64,000 nucleotides of DNA, from NCBI GenBank assembly GCA_041746575.1, contig JBGTGT010000098.1:104729-168728 (forward strand). The letters run 5' to 3'. The notes below the pieces were generated by a model. That model saw only the letters and a program-made list of their open reading frames with translations. It was not told where the DNA came from and did not search any database. This stretch comes from Microcystaceae cyanobacterium. GTDB lineage: Bacteria > Cyanobacteriota > Cyanobacteriia > Cyanobacteriales > Microcystaceae. Positions 19,179-28,033 of this stretch are shown here, piece by piece (the stretch's first letter is position 1; each line of letters starts with the position of its first letter). The translations under genes and the position numbers were made by a program.

Positions 19179-22100
19179 TCAAATAATAAAGTTCTCAGCC
19201 TGATCTAAGGCATTAATAGTATGATTTTCGAAGTAGATAAAAGGTCTGGCTCTGCGAATTCCCAGTTCGCCATCTTCGTCGTATAGAGCAATCGTTGTAT
19301 CACCTCGTTGTCCCCAACTCAAATAGCCTTGGTCGATGACATCTTGGTAACCTTTAAATGCTAGATCAAGATTCTCGAAGAATTCTGTTAAGACAATGTG
19401 ATCAATTCCGACTTCAAAATCTGTAATAATGTCATCTCTATCTCGAAGCTCAAGGTAAACAAATTGATCTAATCCTGCACCACCCGTTAGTATATCTCTG
19501 GCATCAGAGCCGATTAAAATATCGTTCCCCTCACCCCCAACTAAAACGTCTCGTCCATAACCTCCAATAAGCGTATCATGGCCTTCTGCACCTTCAAGGG
19601 TATCGTAACCTAACCCTCCATCCATCCAATCATTACCTGCTTCACCATAAAGCAAGTCGTTAAGATTATCGCCGAATAGGAAATCATCATCATTCCCTCC
19701 GTGAAGCGTGTCATTATCAAAGCCACCAGAAAGACTATCTATGCCGTCTCCACCTGATAAATAATCATTACCATCGCCTCCACTGAGAGTATCGTCTCCT
19801 AAACCACTGATAAGCGTATCATTGCCATTTTCTCCCCTTAAAACATCATTGCCGTCGTCTGAGGTGAGAAAGTCATCCCCATCTCCTCCACTGAGAGTAT
19901 CGTCTCCTAAACCACTAATAAGCGTATCATCGCCATTTTCTCCCGTTAAAACATCATTTCCGTCGTCTGAGGTGAGAGAGTCATCCCCATCTCCTCCCCT
20001 TAAAAAATCATCGCCTAAACCACCTATAAGGGTGTCGTTACCGGCTTCTCCTTCTAAAGTATCGTCTCCTCCATTTCCTTGTAGAAAATCATTGCCTTCT
20101 CTGCCTAACAAAAAACGACTTTGATCGTCATCAATGAAAGTATCATTAAATTGCGTTCCTTCTAATCCTTCGACTGATGTAGGAATAATATCACCAATTG
20201 CATCCCCTGTTGCTTCTCCTGTGACTAAATTGAGGAGAACACCAGTAGGAGAATTCCGATAACTAACGGTATCAATTCCTTTACCACCGTCATAATCATC
20301 GCCTCCTGCACTACCCATCAAGAAATCGTCACCGTTATCACCCGAAAGAGTATCATTATTGTTTCCTCCGACTAACGTATCATTGCCATTTCCCCCGGCT
20401 AAATCGACGGGGACTAAAACGTCTCTATCGACTAGGGTGATATTATCATCTCCTTCACCAGCGTCTCCAATAATTTTTTTAAGGCTTTTATAATCTTGAA
20501 CGACACCAAAAGAAGAAACTAAAATCGTTTCATTGGTAGCCGTAAAAGCTTCGTGCTGAATGACATAGACTTCGGCAACATCTCCTCTATTATCATTGCG
20601 GAAATGAGCATTTGCTCCAATATTTAGCCGTAAAATACCATCGTTAGCAAAGTTTTTAAATCCTAGATTGGTTGCCAAGAAAGGTGACTGACTATCTTTT
20701 TGATTTTCACCTCTAAAGTCAACTGTAAAATTGAGTAATTCTTCTTCGAGGATTCTGTCTTCAATAACGACAAATTGTTTTCTTGCTATTGCATATCCAA
20801 TTGAAGCATCTAGGATGAAATTAATCCCTCCTTGAAGATCGAACAGAGAAAGGGGATTCGCTGTAAATCCATCAATCAACTCATCTTTTCTGACTTTTCC
20901 TTTACTATTAGGAAGTGTATTAGGATCGATCAAGTCTAAACCTATACTGCCTTCAACACCACCAGCAAGTTCAGCATAAAAACTCAAAATATTGGCAGGA
21001 AAACCAATTCCACCTCTAGCAAACACTTCCAGTCCAAAAATTGCTTCGATAAGGGGATTTTCTCCTTCATCTTTGATATAAAAACCATTGAAAATATCGT
21101 CTATATCCTCGGTGTCTAAAAACTGAGTGAGTCCATAAGTGTCATAGCCAAACTCAATGTCACTCGTCGCTTTAAAAGTCCCTCTCATCCCCGCTTCAGC
21201 GAAAACAGGGCCAGACGAAGCAACAAAAAATAAGACTTCTCCTATATCTTTGTTGATCTGTAACTTTGGTAATTTATAGTTAAATAGTTCAACATTTTTA
21301 CCTAGTAATAAGCCAAAAGCTGTTTGTGGATTTTCGATAATTGGAAATTGTATTCCCAGTTTTTGAGAGGTATTTAGACTCTTTTTCTCATCAGTTCCAT
21401 TAGGCAGTTGTTGCTCAAGAGAAGCAGATGTTTTAGTAATAAAAGGAGTAACAAGGCTTAAATTAAAATTAGAACTTCGGGGATCATTTCCAGTTAAGTT
21501 AAAACTACCTAAATTAATGACTAAATCGCTATCAAGAGGAATACTATTAACAAAATTGACAAAATTTAATATTTGTTCGAGGGGAGTAATATCAATACCC
21601 AGTAAATCCTTAAGTATGAATTCTCCGATCAAAGAATCACTCGCTTCAATGGTTCGCGTTAAAAACTTAGCAATCGGTTCAATCGGTTTAGTAATTTCTT
21701 GAATATTTTTAAAAATGGGATCGGCAAAATTGTTAAAAAATGTTCCTAAATCAAGTTGGATCTCATCAAAGCTAATAGAAGGAATATTCCCATTTTCGCT
21801 TTCTCCATCAAATTGCCAATCTAAGGTAAAATCTGACATGATAGAAGGCAAAACTTTTGAATCACCAAAGCTAGTCGTAAGTCCTAAACTTAAATCAACA
21901 TCGGCATTAAAATCGGGAGTAAAATTGGGGGTTTCATTTAGTCTTAATTGATGATCGCCATCTTCTACATCAATCGATAAACTAATTTGAACTTCTGGTG
22001 CAGGATTTTTGTCTTCTATATCAAGTTGTAAAAAGCCTAATTTACCCCCTCCTTGTAAATCAACCCCTGCATTCAAGCGAAGATTCAACTCTGGATCATT

Positions 22101-25100
22101 AAAATAATTTGTATCAAAGTAAAATTGAGGTGAATCAGTATTTGTTTGATCAATCCCAAATGCTAAATTAAGCTCATATCCTACCCCAACAGTTGCATTT
22201 TGAGCCTCAACGCTAAATCCAAGATTCGGTAAACCTAACTCTGTGTCAAAACTTGTAGAAGCATTAAAATTACCTTCGAGTTTAGCAGCGATAAAATAAC
22301 CATCACTATTCAGTGTCAATTCAATATCTTGTTGATTGATATCTCCATCGTTATTAGTATCTAGTAAAGTAAAATAGCCATCATTACTTTCTGTTAACAA
22401 CTCAAATAAAGCTTGCTGAATAGCTGAAGTAGTTGAACTAGAAAGATTGATTAATTTATTATTAATGCCATTTTTGAGGTCTGTAATAAATTGAATAACA
22501 TCATCACTAAAATCGCCCAGTAGAGGAATTTTATCGCTTAGTTTTTCATTAACTATACCTCTTAATTGTTCCAATATATAATCTAATCCTAGGCTGAGTA
22601 ACTCTTTGGTATTGAAACTGCTAGCAAACTCTGTTAGGTTATTAAAGTTTTGACCTTTGTAATTTATATTAGTTGTACTAGGTTGATTTAGATTAATCTG
22701 ACTTAAAGCGGTGTTAGGAAATACATAGCCTAAATCTACATCGAAATCATTACTACCATTAATTATCCCTTGTAGATTTAACGCCGCACTGCCTGATAAA
22801 GTGCCATTTACTGTTAGCGATTCTCCGACTCGCCATTTGTTATCATTACCGTCACTAATATCAAGGGTAAATAAACTATCTAAATTACTACCATTATCAG
22901 TAATCCCGATGTTAATAATCTCAAAGAGTTGAGCATTAGCACTTAAACCCTGTAAATTGGCATTTAATCCTAAAATCAATTCAGAATTTGAAGAAGTATC
23001 GAGATAGAATTGAGGAGTTTGATTAGCATCTAAATCTATGCCAAATCCCCAATCAAAAGCATAATTTAAAGTAACATTAGCGTCTCCATTAATATTTAAT
23101 CCTAAACTGGATGTTCCTAATGAACTCCCCAAAGGAAGAATAAAGGTTTCATTACCATCTAAATTTATATCTAAAATATATCCATCTTGGGTTAACAAGA
23201 TATCGTTAATGTTAGTAAAATCAAGAATTTGAGCTTGTAAATTATCAATGAAATCTAAAACAATATCATCTAAATTTCTCAAAAGGGGAATTTTATTAGT
23301 TAAGGCGGTGGATAAACTATTTCTCAAATTAGCAAAAAAGAAGTTTAATCCTTCTGTCAATAAAGATTCCGCATCAAAATTGTTAACTAATTCAACAGTA
23401 AAAGTTTCAGGATTAAATAAATCAGTTGCTTGTAAAGCAATATTGCCAATCTCAAGACTAAGACTGGCATTAGTATCATTGATAGATATTGGTAAATTAC
23501 CTTGCAAACTGCCTGTTGCTGTAGATGTTAATAAAGTAGTGATAGGAGTATCTGTTATCTCCCTCAAAGTAAACTTACCATCTTGATTAGGATCATTAAA
23601 ATTAATATTAATTCCCGCATCAATGAGATCGATTGCACCCTTAACGATTCCCGCATTAATAATATTTCCTACATTAACACTCAAATTTAGATTATCTGCA
23701 TCTACATCAACTTGAAAAATCGCTCGATCTGCTCTAATATAAACTCTCTCACTTGAATCTATTTCTGGTGATAAATCAAAACCAACCGTAAATTTAGGTA
23801 CCTGAGCATCATTTGCCGAAAGAAAGCCAAAGTTCGTCAAAATATCAAGAGTAGCAGAAGCGTCAAAATTGATATTTAAGTCGTTGCCTTGCTCTCCTAA
23901 ACTAAAAGCAATAGTTTCAGTAATAATCTCTTGTAAATCTAGATCAAATTCGATAACAGGTTCTAAATTATTGGTACTGTTTCCGAATTGATTTTCGATA
24001 ACTTCAAAGAGTTCTCCAATCGTAGGTGTGGCATCATTGTTAAAATAGTTTTGAAAGGGAGTTCTTAATCTTTGATCTATTTGATGAGGTAAATTAATTA
24101 TTTCCGCTAATGTTTGATTGATAATTGGTAAATTAACTGTAAAAGGTGCTAAATCATCTAAATCATCTGCAAATTCAACTAAATCATTTAAACCATCAAG
24201 AATTAAGTTTTTTAAAGAATTTGGAATCGGAATAATAATAGGAGTATCAGGAATATTGGGACCAAATTCATTGGCATGAGAAGGTAGAGGATTAGCCGAT
24301 AAATTTGAGTTACTATTCGGATCATCGGAAGTTGTATCTCCTAAAGCAGGAAATTGCAGTCCATTATTTTGCCAATCAGTAAACAATTCCCGATAAACAG
24401 AACGCAAAATCTCACTTTCCCAGAGGGGAAAATTGCCTGTACCCGAATTATATTTTATATCTATCCAATTCGATCCTATTTCACGATAATTATCGTCAGA
24501 ATCAGCAATTAACGTTTCAGAATCTCTGGTCAATTTAATTTGTTGTACGCTACCATCTGACAAAGATAAAACTCGAATAGGACCAGCAACAACATTGCCG
24601 TCTGCTACATTTTCTAATTCGATTCTTAAATGACCGCTACTAATCGAAAATTCTCCTAGATTACCAAAAGATAATCCTCCATCTTCTGCATCGGCTTCAA
24701 AAATCCTTTGATCTTTACTAACTGTTGCAATTGGAGTCGCACCATCATAAATTTTATATTTAGCATTACTAGCAGGGGTTAAATTTTGATCGGGTAAAGC
24801 AGAATTTTCTAAATTATCTACTAATTGGGTAACATTCAATAGCCAAGTTGTCTGAATACGATAATTGCCCGGCGTTAAATTGGCTTCCCAAACTGCAAAA
24901 TCTCCCCCGTCATTACTGGTATTTACTCTGAATAAAGCTTTTATGGTCGTTAAACTATCCTGTCTCCAAGAATGATCGCTATCAATCGAAAGTAGCCAGG
25001 GTTTTGAATCGGCAATTCCGGGTAAAGTCGTCGTTAAAATATTGCCACCATGATTCCCATTTAAATTAAGCAGAGAGGCATCATAAATAACAGCATTACC

Positions 25101-27830
25101 ATTGTTTTGAGCAGTAAGAACATTTGAAAAAAGTTGACTCAGTTGATTACTACCTATGCTTTCCCCGTCAAAAGGAGTCTCTTGTAATAAAAGCAACTTA
25201 GATAAAATTACACTATTTTGATAGGCCGAAAACGCTCCTTTATCAAAATTAATTTCATCTTTTAATGCACCTGTAGGGTTTTCATGGAAATTAATTGTTA
25301 TACCCCCGACAGAAACTTTTAAATCTTCAGTAATGTCATCTGGAGCAGGATAGTAAATATCATCATCATTTCCAGCAATTCCAAGATATTGATTCAGCAG
25401 TTCTCGATCACCTGATTTAAAAATGGGTATTTCAACATCACCAATTTCGATACTAGCCAAATCCAGTTTAGCGTTTGTTTGAATAAGAAAATCAAAAAGC
25501 TCAAAATCAATGCCAAATACTTCTTCAATTTGATCTTTAATAAAATCGAAAACGAACTGTTCTAAAGTTTCAATTCCTACTAATAAAGGATTAATCGCTA
25601 ATTCTAAAGGCTGAATTACAAATTCATCTAAAGCTGAACCAAAAGTCTGCATAATAGTCCGTATCATTGCTAGTTCTCTTGGCACTCCTAACATAGGCAA
25701 AAGATACTTATTAATAAAAGAGTCAGTCGTTAGCCCATCTCCATTAAGATCATCCAATTCTTCAATTAAAACATCAAAAACACCAACATTATTTTCTTTC
25801 TCAATCCCAATCAAGTTATATTCTCCTAACAATCCTCTTTCTTTATTCTGTAAATCTCGACGGCTTTGGGGATCATAAAAAGCTCTCGTAAATGCTAATC
25901 CAAATTCTGACCAATGGCGTAATCCTTGATCTATATTATTAATCCAAGTTTGTAGATAACCTGTATAAAGATTCTCCAGTTCTTCGATTGTTGGCGTTTC
26001 TCCTTGAATAAATTTATCAATCAGATCAGCGACTAAGAAATTAAAATCAATTGTTTCTTTCCCTTCAACTTGCTTACTGAGTAATTCTCTTAATTTGAAA
26101 AAAGTATCAATAGCAATTCCTCTTTTTCCCTGTACGATTAACTGCTCATCGCCATTTGCTATTTGATCCCCACTCTGTAAATTTTCGACGACAATAATTT
26201 TTTGTTCAGTAACTTCTTTGACGGTATAGTCGCCATTATTTTGATTAAATCCTGATGCGCCAAAACGCATTCCTTGAACTATTCCGTCTTCGAGAAAATT
26301 TCCATTTTTACGATTAAAAGAATTGTCAGTAGTGTCAATTGTTAAGAATGTCTTTGCCGTATAGGGAATTTTGACAAATAATCTTTCATCTCCAGTAGAA
26401 TTGTCATCTCCTGCTAATAGAGATTCTTTAACCGTAATGCGACCCGTTGTTATCTCAGTAATCGTATAAACTCCATTATTACGATTAAAACCATTAGTCG
26501 TAATTTTTTGTCCCACTACAAAACCATCAAAATTGCCACCATCAGTTCGAATAAATTGACGCTCATCTGAATTAACTTTAATAGAAGCAACAATTCCTGT
26601 ATCTTCCAAATGAGTCGGATCAAATAAAACAGGACGAATTAAACTTTCGTATATGAAACGATTCGGCGCAGCATAAGAAATAGCTGGCGTGCTATCATCA
26701 CTCACATCGTCAGCGATACCATCATCATTTATATAAATAGGTTGACGATCAGGATTATTATCAAAGTTAATAGTGGCATCTTGAATATACTCTTCCACTA
26801 ATAAGTGACGCAGTGCATTCGCCACTTCACGTTTATCTTCACTAAGACTACTGGCAACATCACCAAAAGACGGAAAAACCCCTTCAGCAAATTCATTAAC
26901 TAAATTGTGCGCCCAAATATCTCCTGCGGCGTGAGTTAAAAAGCCATAAGTCCAAGCTAAGATTTGTGACTTTTCTATATTACTAAAACTCGGATCGTTT
27001 TGGGCTTGCCAAGCCATATCTAGCACTCTTGTTAACCATGTACCGGTTTCTTCAGGATGAATCACGCCAGCACCCATTAATATATCGGGAAAACCATCTG
27101 GTCCTACTGTTCCAGCATAATAATAATCAGGATAATTTCGTAGTGCCTGTGCAATTTTGGGATGTATATTATAATTTTGTCCGTTAATGTTTAACGCTCC
27201 ATCATCTAATAAATCTGAATGCACATCTTTAGCAATTTCTACATGAGTGTAGGGTTTAAAAGCAACGTCAGAGAAGGGGTCGTGATCATAATTATCTGCA
27301 TTCTTTTGCTTATATTGATGTTCAAATCCTAATAAGTGTTTAGCTTCGTGGGCAATAACTTCTACTAAGGTTTCTACACCGTCAGAAAAATTAATTTGAT
27401 CGTTAAATATGTTGTCAATAAAAACAAAAGCATTATCGCTATGATTTTGATTATCAAGATCAATTTTTTCTGCTAATCCATAATAATATCCATATTCATT
27501 AAAACTTAAATCAAAGTTACCCAAATAAATGGTCGAATATTTAATATCGCTTGGTTTTTCTAAGACAAAAACAGTCTTTAAGTCTTGGTGAATTTCGTTT
27601 AAAGAATTAACGATTTTGCTGAAAATATCGTTTGCATCTTGAGTGACATGAGTGGGCAGTGTAAACCCATCGCTCTTAATACCTTCAATGCGAATATGAC
27701 CTTGATAAGTTATATTTTCGACAGGATTAATCTCTAAATAAAAGACTTGATTAGAATGATCCTCCTGCGCCCCATCTGATAGGGAGATTTGAGCGTTAAT
27801 GGGCGGTGAGTTGTCTAAGTTTTTGGACAT
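19179..27830 (-). CDS. Giant RTX-type secreted protein: metzincin motif, Zn-dependent PLC-like domain, Golvesin-like module, Ca-binding repeats, T1SS C-terminal domain
   Basis: HEAKHLLGFEH; FKPYTH...GTVGPDGFPD...GFLTHAAGDIWAH; many GG-x-G-x-D nonapeptides; C-terminal DIITDFEVGIDHI. ATG 27830 has an AGGA upstream (the ORF track starts at TTG 27848). Confidence 0.85.
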   Translation of the reverse strand: MSKNLDNSPPINAQISLSDGAQEDHSNQVFYLEINPVENITYQGHIRIEGIKSDGFTLPTHVTQDANDIFSKIVNSLNEIHQDLKTVFVLEKPSDIKYSTIYLGNFDLSFNEYGYYYGLAEKIDLDNQNHSDNAFVFIDNIFNDQINFSDGVETLVEVIAHEAKHLLGFEHQYKQKNADNYDHDPFSDVAFKPYTHVEIAKDVHSDLLDDGALNINGQNYNIHPKIAQALRNYPDYYYAGTVGPDGFPDILMGAGVIHPEETGTWLTRVLDMAWQAQNDPSFSNIEKSQILAWTYGFLTHAAGDIWAHNLVNEFAEGVFPSFGDVASSLSEDKREVANALRHLLVEEYIQDATINFDNNPDRQPIYINDDGIADDVSDDSTPAISYAAPNRFIYESLIRPVLFDPTHLEDTGIVASIKVNSDERQFIRTDGGNFDGFVVGQKITTNGFNRNNGVYTITEITTGRITVKESLLAGDDNSTGDERLFVKIPYTAKTFLTIDTTDNSFNRKNGNFLEDGIVQGMRFGASGFNQNNGDYTVKEVTEQKIIVVENLQSGDQIANGDEQLIVQGKRGIAIDTFFKLRELLSKQVEGKETIDFNFLVADLIDKFIQGETPTIEELENLYTGYLQTWINNIDQGLRHWSEFGLAFTRAFYDPQSRRDLQNKERGLLGEYNLIGIEKENNVGVFDVLIEELDDLNGDGLTTDSFINKYLLPMLGVPRELAMIRTIMQTFGSALDEFVIQPLELAINPLLVGIETLEQFVFDFIKDQIEEVFGIDFELFDFLIQTNAKLDLASIEIGDVEIPIFKSGDRELLNQYLGIAGNDDDIYYPAPDDITEDLKVSVGGITINFHENPTGALKDEINFDKGAFSAYQNSVILSKLLLLQETPFDGESIGSNQLSQLFSNVLTAQNNGNAVIYDASLLNLNGNHGGNILTTTLPGIADSKPWLLSIDSDHSWRQDSLTTIKALFRVNTSNDGGDFAVWEANLTPGNYRIQTTWLLNVTQLVDNLENSALPDQNLTPASNAKYKIYDGATPIATVSKDQRIFEADAEDGGLSFGNLGEFSISSGHLRIELENVADGNVVAGPIRVLSLSDGSVQQIKLTRDSETLIADSDDNYREIGSNWIDIKYNSGTGNFPLWESEILRSVYRELFTDWQNNGLQFPALGDTTSDDPNSNSNLSANPLPSHANEFGPNIPDTPIIIPIPNSLKNLILDGLNDLVEFADDLDDLAPFTVNLPIINQTLAEIINLPHQIDQRLRTPFQNYFNNDATPTIGELFEVIENQFGNSTNNLEPVIEFDLDLQEIITETIAFSLGEQGNDLNINFDASATLDILTNFGFLSANDAQVPKFTVGFDLSPEIDSSERVYIRADRAIFQVDVDADNLNLSVNVGNIINAGIVKGAIDLIDAGININFNDPNQDGKFTLREITDTPITTLLTSTATGSLQGNLPISINDTNASLSLEIGNIALQATDLFNPETFTVELVNNFDAESLLTEGLNFFFANLRNSLSTALTNKIPLLRNLDDIVLDFIDNLQAQILDFTNINDILLTQDGYILDINLDGNETFILPLGSSLGTSSLGLNINGDANVTLNYAFDWGFGIDLDANQTPQFYLDTSSNSELILGLNANLQGLSANAQLFEIINIGITDNGSNLDSLFTLDISDGNDNKWRVGESLTVNGTLSGSAALNLQGIINGSNDFDVDLGYVFPNTALSQINLNQPSTTNINYKGQNFNNLTEFASSFNTKELLSLGLDYILEQLRGIVNEKLSDKIPLLGDFSDDVIQFITDLKNGINNKLINLSSSTTSAIQQALFELLTESNDGYFTLLDTNNDGDINQQDIELTLNSDGYFIAAKLEGNFNASTSFDTELGLPNLGFSVEAQNATVGVGYELNLAFGIDQTNTDSPQFYFDTNYFNDPELNLRLNAGVDLQGGGKLGFLQLDIEDKNPAPEVQISLSIDVEDGDHQLRLNETPNFTPDFNADVDLSLGLTTSFGDSKVLPSIMSDFTLDWQFDGESENGNIPSISFDEIQLDLGTFFNNFADPIFKNIQEITKPIEPIAKFLTRTIEASDSLIGEFILKDLLGIDITPLEQILNFVNFVNSIPLDSDLVINLGSFNLTGNDPRSSNFNLSLVTPFITKTSASLEQQLPNGTDEKKSLNTSQKLGIQFPIIENPQTAFGLLLGKNVELFNYKLPKLQINKDIGEVLFFVASSGPVFAEAGMRGTFKATSDIEFGYDTYGLTQFLDTEDIDDIFNGFYIKDEGENPLIEAIFGLEVFARGGIGFPANILSFYAELAGGVEGSIGLDLIDPNTLPNSKGKVRKDELIDGFTANPLSLFDLQGGINFILDASIGYAIARKQFVVIEDRILEEELLNFTVDFRGENQKDSQSPFLATNLGFKNFANDGILRLNIGANAHFRNDNRGDVAEVYVIQHEAFTATNETILVSSFGVVQDYKSLKKIIGDAGEGDDNITLVDRDVLVPVDLAGGNGNDTLVGGNNNDTLSGDNGDDFLMGSAGGDDYDGGKGIDTVSYRNSPTGVLLNLVTGEATGDAIGDIIPTSVEGLEGTQFNDTFIDDDQSRFLLGREGNDFLQGNGGDDTLEGEAGNDTLIGGLGDDFLRGGDGDDSLTSDDGNDVLTGENGDDTLISGLGDDTLSGGDGDDFLTSDDGNDVLRGENGNDTLISGLGDDTLSGGDGNDYLSGGDGIDSLSGGFDNDTLHGGNDDDFLFGDNLNDLLYGEAGNDWMDGGLGYDTLEGAEGHDTLIGGYGRDVLVGGEGNDILIGSDARDILTGGAGLDQFVYLELRDRDDIITDFEVGIDHIVLTEFFENLDLAFKGYQDVIDQGYLSWGQRGDTTIALYDEDGELGIRRARPFIYFENHTINALDQAENFII
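19778..19996. repeat. 108-bp near-perfect tandem duplication in the RTX repeat region
   Basis: CACTGAGAGTATCGTCTCCTAAACCACT recurs at 19781 and 19889; the unit equals 4 nonapeptides. Confidence 0.85.
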
Positions 27831-27890
27831 AATAAGCTTCCTACTCAATTATCAAAAGTCAATGAAAAGATCTCTTGAGTAACTTTGTCT

Positions 27891-27961
27891 CTTCTACTCA
27901 TTACTCGGAAAATGCAATTGACTTTGTGACATCTCACCTTAAAATTGTTACAAAACTCAAC
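27891..27961 (-). promoter_or_regulatory. Conserved upstream element, copy 2
   Basis: 59/71 identity with 411-481, same orientation relative to the downstream gene. Confidence 0.75.
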
Positions 27962-28033
27962 CGTTTTGCTAGTTGAATCGGAAAAAGTGAGAGAAAGCAG
28001 GATAAACTTGAGGCTTGAGTGTTCAAAATGACA

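Noticed and set aside
19822..23586. Plus-strand ORFs inside the giant gene (19822, 21517, 21715, 23248)
   Set aside because: Antisense shadows of a repetitive, codon-biased gene; Ser/Pro/Lys-rich with no motifs.
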